A DNA stretch of 64,000 nt, from positions 64,001 through 128,000 of the forward strand of contig JACPJC010000006.1 of NCBI GenBank assembly GCA_016187745.1. Direction: 5' to 3'. Shown one piece after another: positions 8,932 through 17,678 of this stretch (positions within the stretch are counted from its first letter, which is position 1; each line of letters opens with the position of its first letter). The DNA comes from Candidatus Iainarchaeum sp. (GTDB lineage: Archaea > Iainarchaeota > Iainarchaeia > Iainarchaeales > JAXPJC01). A program made the position numbers and the translations under genes. The notes under the pieces are model-generated. The model made no database searches and had not been told where the DNA came from. It saw nothing but the letters and a program-made list of their open reading frames with translations.

Positions 8932-10149
8932 ATGCGTACAGCTGAAAACCAGTCAAATGAGCCGTTGCAGGCTGAGGTCAATATAGGCATGGTGGGGCAC
9001 GTTGACCATGGGAAAACAAGCCTTACTAAGGCAATAACCGGAAAGTGGACTGACACGCATTCCGAGGAGCTGAAGCGCGGAATTTCCATAAGGCTTGGGT
9101 ATGCGGATGCGGTCTTCTACAAGTGCGAAAAATGCTCTGGCGCAGGGGCATACGCAACAAAGCCGAAATGCGGAAAGTGCTCGGGAAATGCGAAGCTCCT
9201 TAGGAAAGTGAGCTTTGTTGATGCGCCCGGGCATGAAACACTTATGACCACAATGCTTTCAGGAGCCGCGCTAATGAACGGCGCGATTCTTGTAATTGCT
9301 GCAAATGAGCCCTGCCCGCAGCCGAGGACTGCGGAGCACTTGACTGCACTGAAGATGTCGGGGATAAACAGCATTGTTGTTGCGCAGAACAAGATAGACC
9401 TTGTATCAAGGGAAAAGGCGCTGGAATCCTTCAGGGAAATAAGGGAATTCCTGAAGGAATATGATGCGGAGGATGCGCAGATAATCCCTGTTGCGGCGCA
9501 CTTCAATGCGAACATTGACGCGCTTGTTGAGGCGCTGGAAAAGGCAATTCCCTCCCCAAAATTCGAATCCGGGAAGCCGCTGAGGATGTTTATTGCAAGA
9601 AGCTTTGACATAAACAGGCCCGGAAGCAAGGCAGAGGAGCTAAAGGGCGGGGCGCTCGGGGGCTCAATAACGCTTGGCTTTGCAAAGGTCGGGGATGAAA
9701 TTGAAATAGCCCCGGGAATTGACGGGAAGAAATTGAAAACAAAAATCTCAAGCCTGAGCACAGCAAATTACGAATTGAAGGAGGCAAAGCCCGGGGGGCT
9801 TATAGCAATAGGGACAACTCTTGACCCTTCAATCACAAAAAACGACCAGATGCGCGGGCAGGTTGTGGGGGCGCTCAACACGCTTCCGGAGCCGGTTTCA
9901 AGGGTGAAGCTCGAGGTGCATGAGATGAAAAGGCTGCTTGAGGAGATAGGGAAAATAAAGGTGAATGAAACTGTCGTGCTTACTGTTGGAACTGCAAGCA
10001 TTGCTGCGAGCGTTGCAAAAATGGCAGGGAGCAACAAATTCGAATTCCTGCTCAAATCGCCTGTTGTTGTAGAGCCCAAACAGAAGGTTGCAATAAGCAA
10101 GCTGGTAAAATCGGCATGGCGCCTTGCGGCGTATGGTGTTGTTTCATGA
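8932..10149 (+). CDS. eif2g: translation initiation factor aIF2 gamma subunit
   Basis: QAEVNIGMVGHVDHGKT, DTHSEELKRGISIRLGY, zinc knuckle, DAPGHETLM. Confidence 0.97.
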   Translation: MRTAENQSNEPLQAEVNIGMVGHVDHGKTSLTKAITGKWTDTHSEELKRGISIRLGYADAVFYKCEKCSGAGAYATKPKCGKCSGNAKLLRKVSFVDAPGHETLMTTMLSGAALMNGAILVIAANEPCPQPRTAEHLTALKMSGINSIVVAQNKIDLVSREKALESFREIREFLKEYDAEDAQIIPVAAHFNANIDALVEALEKAIPSPKFESGKPLRMFIARSFDINRPGSKAEELKGGALGGSITLGFAKVGDEIEIAPGIDGKKLKTKISSLSTANYELKEAKPGGLIAIGTTLDPSITKNDQMRGQVVGALNTLPEPVSRVKLEVHEMKRLLEEIGKIKVNETVVLTVGTASIAASVAKMAGSNKFEFLLKSPVVVEPKQKVAISKLVKSAWRLAAYGVVS

Positions 10150-10538
10150 GGATAGCAATTGACGCGAATATGCTGCTTGCAATCGCAAATGAGAAGATTG
10201 ACGTTTTCGGGCAGATAAGGGATGAGTTCGGAAAAACTGCTGAAATCATAATTCCGAGGCAGGTAATTGATGAGCTGAAAATCCTTTCGAAGCGGAACAA
10301 AAAAAATGAAAATGCGGTGAAAATTGCAATGCAGGAAATTGAAAAGAATGATGCGCGCATTCGGGAAGTAAATGCAAAAAATGCCGATGAGGCGCTGATT
10401 GCGCTTGCAAGGGAAGGAACTGCTGTTGCAACAAATGATTCCGCGCTCAAGAAAGAGGTTAAAAAACTTAACGCTGGGATAATATTTACAAGAAAAGGGC
10501 GATTTTTGGCATTTTCTTCTATGAATCTTCTGTTTTAA
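10146..10538 (+). CDS. PIN-domain ribonuclease (Fcf1/Utp24-like)
   Basis: IAIDANMLL, VIDEL, ADEALI, VATNDSALKK; typical position after eif2g. Confidence 0.88.
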   Translation: MRIAIDANMLLAIANEKIDVFGQIRDEFGKTAEIIIPRQVIDELKILSKRNKKNENAVKIAMQEIEKNDARIREVNAKNADEALIALAREGTAVATNDSALKKEVKKLNAGIIFTRKGRFLAFSSMNLLF

Positions 10539-10563
10539 TGGATTTAAATGGAGTTAGAGAAAA

Positions 10564-11184
10564 ATGTATGCACTTTGTGAAATCCGGGATACAATACGCG
10601 TGCCCCCTGACAAGTTTGAAAGCAACCTGGAGAAGGCGATGCTGAAAATAATCCAGGAGGAGTATGAGGGGCTGGTGGATGAGGACCTTGGGGTTATTGT
10701 TGCGGTCAATGATGTGAAGAACATCGGCGAGGGAAAAGTAATTCCGGGGGAGGGCGCGGCGTATTACTCCGCCGACTTTGAATTGCTTGTTTACAAGCCA
10801 GAGGTTCAGGAAGTTGTGGAGGGATTTGTTTCCGAGGTTGCGGAATTCGGGGCTTTCCTGCGCACGGGCCCTGTGGAAGGCCTTATACACGTTTCGCAGA
10901 TAATGGATGATTACATAAATTATGACGGGAAACTGCCGGGGTTTGTGGGAAAATCCTCAAAGAAGAAGCTGGTTGTAAATGATGAGGTAATTGCAAGGGT
11001 AATTTCAGTGAGCCTGAAGGGAAGCATTGCGGAATCAAAGATAGGACTGACAATGAGGCAGCCCTTCCTTGGAAAAGAGGAATGGCAGAAGATTGATGAG
11101 AAGCTCAAGCTCAGGGAAAAGCCGAAGCCGCAGGAAAAGAAGCAGGTGAAGCAGGCGCCGGACAGAAGGCCTGAGAAAAAGTAA
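10564..11184 (+). CDS. rpoE1: DNA-directed RNA polymerase subunit E' (Rpo7)
   Basis: DTIRVPP, GEGKVIPGEGAAYY, S1 domain EFGAFLRTGPVEGLIHVSQIMDD, KIGLTMRQPFLGK. Confidence 0.96.
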   Translation: MYALCEIRDTIRVPPDKFESNLEKAMLKIIQEEYEGLVDEDLGVIVAVNDVKNIGEGKVIPGEGAAYYSADFELLVYKPEVQEVVEGFVSEVAEFGAFLRTGPVEGLIHVSQIMDDYINYDGKLPGFVGKSSKKKLVVNDEVIARVISVSLKGSIAESKIGLTMRQPFLGKEEWQKIDEKLKLREKPKPQEKKQVKQAPDRRPEKK

Positions 11185-11204
11185 GGGAAGCTAATAATGA
11201 AAAT

Positions 11205-11234
11205 GAGGAAGGTATCGGAAACGTAGTTTCTGAT
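11205..11234 (+). repeat. REP-like hairpin, family A copy 1 (GAGGAAGGT-ATCGGAAAC-GTA-GTTTCTGAT)
   Basis: near-identical to 56719-56750 and 56754-56781; 9-bp stem with one G-T pair and a 3-nt loop; intergenic. Confidence 0.8.
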
Positions 11235-11246
11235 GAAAGGTGTCTT

Positions 11247-11468
11247 ATGCAAAAAGGGAAGGCATGCAGGAGCTGCAGGAAAATAATTGAGGAAAGCAAC
11301 ACAGACAAATGCCCGAACTGCGGGAACAATGCGTTTACAACCTTCTGGAGAGGGTATGTTGTTGTAATCAATCCGGAAAACTCTGAGCTTGCAAAAAAAA
11401 TGGGAATTTCCGCGGCGGGGAAATATGCGCTGCATATCAGCAGATGGATGAGGTTGAGGTTTCCGTGA
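11247..11468 (+). CDS. spt4: transcription elongation factor Spt4 (RpoE2)
   Basis: KACRSCRKI...CPNCG...WRGYVVVINPENSELAKKMGI...GKYAL. Confidence 0.95.
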   Translation: MQKGKACRSCRKIIEESNTDKCPNCGNNAFTTFWRGYVVVINPENSELAKKMGISAAGKYALHISRWMRLRFP

Positions 11469-11746
11469 AGGATTTGGAAAAAACCCCCTCAAGGCTTGAG
11501 CTCAAGAAGGAAATCGCGCACAAGCTTAATGCGCCCGAGGACTGCATTGCGCTTGGGAGCATAAGCCAGCAATTCGGGTTTAAGGGGGCGGAATGCTCAG
11601 CGCATGTTTATGAGAGCAGGGAGAAATTGCAGAAAACAGAGCTGCAGCACAGGGCCGACAAGAGTTTTGGAATAAGCCGCTCAAAGGGAGCAAAGCAGGC
11701 CGCGAGCTCTGCAAAGGCCGAAGCTCCTGCGGAAGAAAAAAAGTGA
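11444..11746 (+). CDS. rps24e: 30S ribosomal protein S24e (N-terminally short)
   Basis: TPSRLELKKEIA...ISQQFG...AHVYES; lies directly before rps27ae. Confidence 0.85.
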   Translation: MDEVEVSVKDLEKTPSRLELKKEIAHKLNAPEDCIALGSISQQFGFKGAECSAHVYESREKLQKTELQHRADKSFGISRSKGAKQAASSAKAEAPAEEKK

Positions 11747-11763
11747 AAAGGGAGTGACTGAAA

Positions 11764-11991
11764 ATGCCTGAAGCGCTTGAAGCAGAAGAGAAATCCAAAA
11801 AGCCAAAGAAGGAAGGGAAGCGCACAAAAAAGGCGCATAAGAAAATGAAAAAAGGCTCTTATTATTCGGTTTCTTCTGAGAAGCTTGAGAGGAAAAAGCG
11901 CTTCTGCCCGAAATGCGGCCCCGGAACCTTCATGGCCGAGCACAAGAACAGGTTCGCATGCGGAAAGTGCGCATACACTGAATTCAAATGA
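11764..11991 (+). CDS. rps27ae: 30S ribosomal protein S27ae
   Basis: [32 protein letters not shown]. Confidence 0.97.
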   Translation: MPEALEAEEKSKKPKKEGKRTKKAHKKMKKGSYYSVSSEKLERKKRFCPKCGPGTFMAEHKNRFACGKCAYTEFK

Positions 11992-12010
11992 AAGGGGATG
12001 AGCAGCCATA

Positions 12011-12556
12011 TTGAGGACATTGCTCTTGAACCTCCTGATTGATGCCATATTAATTGGAATTCCCGCATTTTACTTCTATAAGTTCGGGAAGGCAAAAACC
12101 CTTAAAAAAATCCTTAAGGAATTCGGGCTGTTTTTCCGCTCAGGGAGGAAGGATGCTATTTCCTCGGCGCTGATTTTCATTGAGCTGTTTGCCGCCTCAA
12201 TTGCAATTTCGCTTGCGCTTTCGGCATTCGGGCTTAATGACCTTGGAAATGTAACAAATGCAATTGAAACGGTAAAGAAAACAGCCCCTTTGCTGCTTAT
12301 TTATATCTTTTTGGTGAGAATTCCGGCAGAAGAGCTGTTTTTCCGCTCATTTTTGACAAAAAGGCTTGGAATATGGCTTTCTTCGGCAATATTCGCCCTT
12401 GCGCATGTTTCTTACTATTCAACAGGGGAAGTGATTGGCGCTTTTATCCTGGGGGCCATACTTGCCCATAATTTCAGGGCGAACAGGACAATAGTGCCTA
12501 ATATTATAGCCCATATATTATATAATTTTATAATCATTATACTGGTATTGGTGTAA
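12011..12556 (+). CDS. CPBP/Abi (CAAX protease-like) intramembrane metalloprotease
   Basis: EELFFRS, SSAIFALAH, IIAHILYN; several hydrophobic segments. Confidence 0.88.
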   Translation: MRTLLLNLLIDAILIGIPAFYFYKFGKAKTLKKILKEFGLFFRSGRKDAISSALIFIELFAASIAISLALSAFGLNDLGNVTNAIETVKKTAPLLLIYIFLVRIPAEELFFRSFLTKRLGIWLSSAIFALAHVSYYSTGEVIGAFILGAILAHNFRANRTIVPNIIAHILYNFIIIILVLV

Positions 12557-12558
12557 TT

Positions 12559-13194
12559 ATGTGCCTTATACTGCATATTTCCGGCAGGAAACAGCCCATG
12601 CTCATAAGGCTGGCTGCCTCGGCGCTTGATGAGGGGGCAATAGCAATATTCCCAACAGAAACCTGCTATGGGATTGGGTGCGATGCGACTGATGAAACTG
12701 CAGTAAGGCGCATTTTTGAAATAAAAAAGCGCAATAAGAAAAAGGCGCTCCCTGTAATTGTAAATGACATCCAAACCGCGGAGCGATACTGCTACATAAC
12801 ACCAACTGCTGAACTCCTTGCAAAGAAGTTTATGCCCGGCCCTTTAACCCTTGTTGTAAAGGCAAGGGGAAATCTGCCAAAAGCGCTTACCGCAAGTTCA
12901 GGGAAAATCGCTTTCCGCATTTCAAGCAACAAAATTGCGAATGCGCTTGCCAAGGAATTGGGAAAGCCGCTTGTTGCAACAAGCGCAAACCCCGGGGGAA
13001 AGGGGGAAATTTACTCGGGAAAGGAGGCAATTGAGAAATTCGCGCAGTGCGTTGACATAATAATTGATGCGGGCGCGCTCAAAAAAAGAAAGCCCAGCAC
13101 AATCTATGACACGCTCAGCAATAAAATCCTTCGCGCGGGGGAAATCAGCGGCGGGCGCATAAACAAGGCGCTTAAAACAGCAACTAATAAATAG
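12559..13194 (+). CDS. sua5: L-threonylcarbamoyladenylate synthase (Sua5/TsaC, YrdC domain only)
   Basis: IFPTETCYGIGCDA, IFEIKKR, PGPLTLV, ATSAN, PSTI. Confidence 0.93.
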   Translation: MCLILHISGRKQPMLIRLAASALDEGAIAIFPTETCYGIGCDATDETAVRRIFEIKKRNKKKALPVIVNDIQTAERYCYITPTAELLAKKFMPGPLTLVVKARGNLPKALTASSGKIAFRISSNKIANALAKELGKPLVATSANPGGKGEIYSGKEAIEKFAQCVDIIIDAGALKKRKPSTIYDTLSNKILRAGEISGGRINKALKTATNK

Positions 13195-13226
13195 TGCTTT
13201 GGGAGTAATTCTATTGGCGTGGAAAC

Positions 13227-13556
13227 ATGGGCGGATTGAAAATCAGCAAGCGGGGCAATGTTGTGGGCCTGAATCCATTATTGAAAAATCAGCCGAAGGC
13301 CGTGCAGCGAAGCATATTGAAAGCCGCCCTGGATGACCTTGTTGCGGAGCGCGCAAAAATCAGCCGCCAGATAATAAAAAACAAAAATGCCAAAATTGTT
13401 GTCAGAAGCCCGAATATGGTTTTTGAGGAAAGCAGCAGGGTAATTAAGGGGAATAAAAGAACCATTAAAACCCCCATGTTTGTTGAAGGGCGGCTTACCG
13501 GGAAGCTGCATGTCAGTACGGCAATAAACAACCTCAGGAAGCAAATCAAGAAATAG
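13227..13556 (+). CDS. hypothetical basic protein
   Basis: 109-aa ORF filling the gap between sua5 and kae1. Confidence 0.55.
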   Translation: MGGLKISKRGNVVGLNPLLKNQPKAVQRSILKAALDDLVAERAKISRQIIKNKNAKIVVRSPNMVFEESSRVIKGNKRTIKTPMFVEGRLTGKLHVSTAINNLRKQIKK

Positions 13557-13576
13557 CCCTTTGCGCCGATTATGCT

Positions 13577-13762
13577 ATGAAACTTAATTTTATAAGGGAG
13601 TTCAGGGGCTTTTTGCGGAAGCGCAGGCAGGAAAAGCAGATGCTTGCGTGGAGAGCGCAGCAGAAGGCTATTGAAGATTCCTTGAGAAAAGAAATGCAAA
13701 AGCCGAATTCGCCTGAGCGCAACAAAAGGATAGCTGAACTCAGACAAAGACTTCTTCAGTGA
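13577..13762 (+). CDS. hypothetical small basic helical protein
   Basis: 61-aa R/K/E/Q-rich ORF. Confidence 0.5.
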   Translation: MKLNFIREFRGFLRKRRQEKQMLAWRAQQKAIEDSLRKEMQKPNSPERNKRIAELRQRLLQ

Positions 13763-13813
13763 TTTTTCATTCTTGTTTTTAATCTATTTGACTCCCAATT
13801 ATTCTGTGGTTGC

Positions 13814-14806
13814 ATGATTGCCCTTGGGATTGAAAGCACTGCGCATACGTTCGGCTGCGGGATTGTTTCTGATTCCGGCGGAAAATGCAATATCCTCGCA
13901 AACGAGAAGTCCGCCTACACTACACAATCCGGGGGAATACATCCGAAGGAAGCGATGGAGCACCATCTGAAAAATGCAAAAAGCGTAATTGAAAATGCAT
14001 TGCGCACTGCAAAAACTGATTGGAATGGAATTGATTTAATTTCCTTTTCCCAGGGTCCGGGCCTTGGACCCTGCCTGCGAGTTGGCGCAATTGCCGCGCG
14101 CGCTCTTGCGCTCAGATACAAAAAGCCCTTGCTGGGAGTTAATCACTGCATTGCGCATATTGAAATAGGAAAGGCGCTTACGCAGGCAAAAAACCCGATA
14201 ATCGTTTATGTTTCGGGCGCAAACACACAAATTACTGGCTATGAATCAGGGTGCTACAGGATTTATGGGGAAACCCTTGACATTGGCGTTGGGAACCTTC
14301 TTGATGTTTTTGGAAGGGCGCTTGGGATTGGATTTCCTGCAGGCCCGCAATTGGATAAGATGTATTTTGAATCTCAGAACTATATTGCGTTTCCATACAC
14401 GGTAAAGGGGATGGATTTGACTTTTTCAGGGCTGCTTACGGCTGCTGAAAATAAGGCAAAATCAAAGCAGTATGGAAATGCGGATCTTGCTTATTCCCTG
14501 CTGCACACTGCTTTTGCAATGGTAACAGAAGTGGCTGAAAGGGCGCTTGCGCATACTGAGAAAAATGAAATTCTTCTTACAGGGGGAGTTGCTGCAAGCC
14601 GCGCGCTTCAGCAAATGATGCAGAAGATGTGCGATGCGAGGAATGCAAAAATGTTTGTTCCGCCTGCATCAGTGGCAACGGACAATGCAGCAATGATTGC
14701 ATGGCTTGGCTTGATTGAGCATAAGGCAGGCATCAAACAAAAAATTGGGGATACAAAAATCCTCCCTATGCAGCGCACGGACCAGGTGGAAGTGAAGTGG
14801 GCCTGA
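13814..14806 (+). CDS. kae1: tRNA N6-adenosine threonylcarbamoyltransferase Kae1
   Basis: LGIESTAHTFG, SQGPGLGPCL, VNHCIAHIEIG, GETLDIGVGN, DNAAMIAW. Confidence 0.97.
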   Translation: MIALGIESTAHTFGCGIVSDSGGKCNILANEKSAYTTQSGGIHPKEAMEHHLKNAKSVIENALRTAKTDWNGIDLISFSQGPGLGPCLRVGAIAARALALRYKKPLLGVNHCIAHIEIGKALTQAKNPIIVYVSGANTQITGYESGCYRIYGETLDIGVGNLLDVFGRALGIGFPAGPQLDKMYFESQNYIAFPYTVKGMDLTFSGLLTAAENKAKSKQYGNADLAYSLLHTAFAMVTEVAERALAHTEKNEILLTGGVAASRALQQMMQKMCDARNAKMFVPPASVATDNAAMIAWLGLIEHKAGIKQKIGDTKILPMQRTDQVEVKWA

Positions 14807-14807
14807 A

Positions 14808-15299
14808 TCATTCCCTGAATTTCTTCTTCAGCGCAAGTGCCACATTCTTCGGCACTAAATTGCCGAATTTCCCGCGCAGGTGCGCCAGTTCCTTTATGAG
14901 CGTGGAATTTAAATAGAAGTATTCCGGGGAGGTCATTATGAAAACTGTTTCAATCCCGTTGTTTGCTAATTTGCGGTTCACAATCGCCTGCTGGAACTCA
15001 TATTCAAAATCCGAAATGGCGCGCAGCCCCCTGATTATGATTTTCGCGTTTTTCCTTTTTAAGTAATCCACAAGCAGCCCGGAAAATGAATCCACTTCGG
15101 CATTGCTTATTTTTCCCGTGGCATCCTTCGCCATTTTCAGCCTTTCATCCTTCGAGAAGAAGCAGTGCTTTTTTTGGGGGTTGTCTACGACTGCAATTAT
15201 TACCTTGTCAAAAAGCGCAAGCGAACGCTTAATCACGTCCATATGGCCCAGCGTTATTGGGTCAAATGTTCCGGGATAGACCGCAATCCTTTCCTTCAT
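14808..15299 (-). CDS. coaD: phosphopantetheine adenylyltransferase, bacterial type
   Basis: AVYPGTFDPITLGHMDVI, IIRGLRAISDFEYEFQ, NSTLIKE. Confidence 0.95.
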   Translation of the reverse strand: MKERIAVYPGTFDPITLGHMDVIKRSLALFDKVIIAVVDNPQKKHCFFSKDERLKMAKDATGKISNAEVDSFSGLLVDYLKRKNAKIIIRGLRAISDFEYEFQQAIVNRKLANNGIETVFIMTSPEYFYLNSTLIKELAHLRGKFGNLVPKNVALALKKKFRE

Positions 15300-15886
15300 T
15301 TCATTCCCCCTATGATTGCCGCCAGTGCCTTTGCCTGTTCTTTTGTTCTTTCCAGGGCCCCATCATTATCTATTACACAATCAGCCATTTTAATCTTTTC
15401 ATTAAGCGGCATTTGCGAGGAAATGCGCGCAAGCGCTTCTTTCCTGCTAAAGCCCTTGCGCATCAGCCTTTTTATTTGGGTTTCCCTGCCTGCATTCACT
15501 ACAACAACCAAATCGCACAAATCCTGCAATTTTGCTTCCAAGAGAAGCGGGGCATCAATAATTGCAATTTCTGATTTTGAATTTTTTATCCGCTTTTTGA
15601 TTTCCGCAATTACAAAGGGATGCACTGCGGAATTTAATTTTTTAAGCGCAGTTTTATTTTTGAAAACAATCGCTGAAAGTTTTTGGCTGTTAATGGCCTT
15701 GTTTTTGTTCAGGATTTCTGCGCCGAATATCCTTGCGATCTTCTTATATGCCGGCTTGCCGATGCGCATTTCCCCTTTTGCAATTTTATCAGCATCCAAA
15801 ATTGCCGCATGCGCATATTTGGACAGCATTCTTGCAACAGTTGTCTTGCCGCAGGCGATTCCGGAGGTCAGGCCGATGACAAGCAT
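15296..15886 (-). CDS. coaE: dephospho-CoA kinase, bacterial type
   Basis: IGLTSGIACGKTTV, DADKIA, LNSAVHP, DAPLLLE, RISSQMP, ADCVIDNDG. Confidence 0.95.
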   Translation of the reverse strand: MLVIGLTSGIACGKTTVARMLSKYAHAAILDADKIAKGEMRIGKPAYKKIARIFGAEILNKNKAINSQKLSAIVFKNKTALKKLNSAVHPFVIAEIKKRIKNSKSEIAIIDAPLLLEAKLQDLCDLVVVVNAGRETQIKRLMRKGFSRKEALARISSQMPLNEKIKMADCVIDNDGALERTKEQAKALAAIIGGMK

Positions 15887-15892
15887 TTGCGC

Positions 15893-17014
15893 TCAGCGCC
15901 CGTAGGTCTTTTTCTTATAGCTCCACTTGCTCTTTCCGAGCGCTTCCTTTTCAAGCTTTCTCATTGCACCTTGAACAGCAGAAAGCAGATTCCAGTCCGC
16001 ATCTGTCGCAACAAGCGTGAGCCCGGGGGCGGAGAAATGCGCATGCACCTCGTATTTTGTCCTGCCGAACTGCGCTGAATATTCCTTGAACTGGATGTTC
16101 AATGAAAGGATGCTCTGCACAACCCTCTGCAGCTTGTCATAGGCTTCATTCACTGAATTGTTGAGCGTGTGCATATCTATCTCGTCAATTTTTGGCATGC
16201 TTATGAATTGAATATTGCGCTTTTCCTGCTTCTGCGCAGCGGCCTGCTTGAGCAAATCCCTTATTGTTATTATCCCGACGGGCCTGTCATTTTCAACAAG
16301 CACAATATCGGGCAGGGAATGCTGCTCCATGAGCTGCATTATCCTTGAGAGGCTGTCCTTTTTTCCTGCTGTAACGACAACATCGGACATTTCGCCAGCA
16401 ATCGGCAGGTCAAGCATGCTTGCGTGCTCCGGGGAAAAGCTTGAGGAAGCCGACCTTCCCCTTGAAACTGAAGCGCCCTTCCTGTTGACGGGCTTAAGGA
16501 GATATTTTTCCACAATATCGCGGAAGCTTAAAATTCCGGAAAGCCTGCCTTTTGTGCTCATTGCCTTCGCAATTGTGTCCCTTTCATTAAGCAGAATCGG
16601 ATTCAGCGTTGCAATCTGCTGCGCCTGCATATTCGCAATTTCATTCACTGCGCGCAATTCATTAATTACATCAAGCGCATGCACCACCCCTATTACTCTG
16701 CCATCCTTCGCAACAGGAAGCATGCGCGTTTCAGAAGTGAGCATCAGCTTTACAATCCTTTCAATGCCATCGCTTTCAGAAAGCGCAGGGCATTTTTCTA
16801 TTACTTTCTGTATTTTCATTTTTGCAACATCAATTTTTGTCTTAAAAAGCCTGCGCTTTGTGACTATCCCGCAGTAGGTTCCATCAGATACAACAGCGCC
16901 TTCGGCTTTGCTCTCCTTCATTTTTCCTATGAGCTTTGAAATCGGCGCATCCTCCGAAAGGTTTATGAAATCGTTTTTCATCAGATTTGCGGCAGTAATA
17001 TTATTAAACGCCAT
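15893..17014 (-). CDS. tandem CBS-domain protein with C-terminal HPF/RaiA-like domain (candidate ribosome hibernation factor)
   Basis: four CBS repeats (GIVTKRRL, GVVHALDV, GILSFRDI, GIITIRDL), then NIQF...YDKLQR...KYEVHAH...LVATDADWNLLSAVQGAMRKLEKE; SD GGAGGT before 17014. Confidence 0.75.
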   Translation of the reverse strand: MAFNNITAANLMKNDFINLSEDAPISKLIGKMKESKAEGAVVSDGTYCGIVTKRRLFKTKIDVAKMKIQKVIEKCPALSESDGIERIVKLMLTSETRMLPVAKDGRVIGVVHALDVINELRAVNEIANMQAQQIATLNPILLNERDTIAKAMSTKGRLSGILSFRDIVEKYLLKPVNRKGASVSRGRSASSSFSPEHASMLDLPIAGEMSDVVVTAGKKDSLSRIMQLMEQHSLPDIVLVENDRPVGIITIRDLLKQAAAQKQEKRNIQFISMPKIDEIDMHTLNNSVNEAYDKLQRVVQSILSLNIQFKEYSAQFGRTKYEVHAHFSAPGLTLVATDADWNLLSAVQGAMRKLEKEALGKSKWSYKKKTYGR

Positions 17015-17102
17015 TCTCCCACCTCCCAACTCCATTGCACTCCATATAATAGAAAAGAATGTAATTTAAGGTTTTGGTTCAACAATTGTTTTAAGAACTT
17101 AT

Positions 17103-17678
17103 ATGCAGATAAAAGCAGCAAACAAGCCTATTGCAAGGCATTTAATAACGCATGCAGCGGATTGGGCAAAAGGAGATATGTATAATCGCGGCCGCCTGCA
17201 AAGGCTGAAAAAAATAATGAAGTTCGGAAAGCCCTACATAAACAGCTTCCCTGAGAGAGAAATCAAGAATCTCAAAATGGGCATAGTCAGGGGCGGCGCT
17301 GAATCGCCTGTTGGAATAGGGATTTCTTATCCTTCCGGCAGATTTATCGCAAAATTGCTTATGGGCTTTGGAAAAGAAACCTTCACTATATATGCTGTTA
17401 AAGGAGAGCAAAATGCAGAGGAAATGCGCGCTGCTGTCGGAACGCTGGGAAAGCCATGGGGGGAACTCTTAATGGAAGAAGCATTAAAACATGCGAAGGC
17501 ATTGGGACTTAAAAGGGCAGAACTTCTTGACCCCCTGCACAACCCCGAAATACATTGGAGCTGGCTGGATAAAAAACAGAAAGATGCACTAATAAACTTT
17601 TACAGCAAATTGAGGGATAAGTTTGATTTCAAAGAGGCAAAGGGTTCACCGTACTGGACCAAATCATTGGCTGATTGA
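17103..17678 (+). CDS. hypothetical protein, possibly GNAT-like/DUF535-like fold
   Basis: WGELLMEEALKHAKALGLKRAEL...LINFY pattern resembles GNAT motifs A/B; weak similarity. Confidence 0.5.
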   Translation: MQIKAANKPIARHLITHAADWAKGDMYNRGRLQRLKKIMKFGKPYINSFPEREIKNLKMGIVRGGAESPVGIGISYPSGRFIAKLLMGFGKETFTIYAVKGEQNAEEMRAAVGTLGKPWGELLMEEALKHAKALGLKRAELLDPLHNPEIHWSWLDKKQKDALINFYSKLRDKFDFKEAKGSPYWTKSLAD

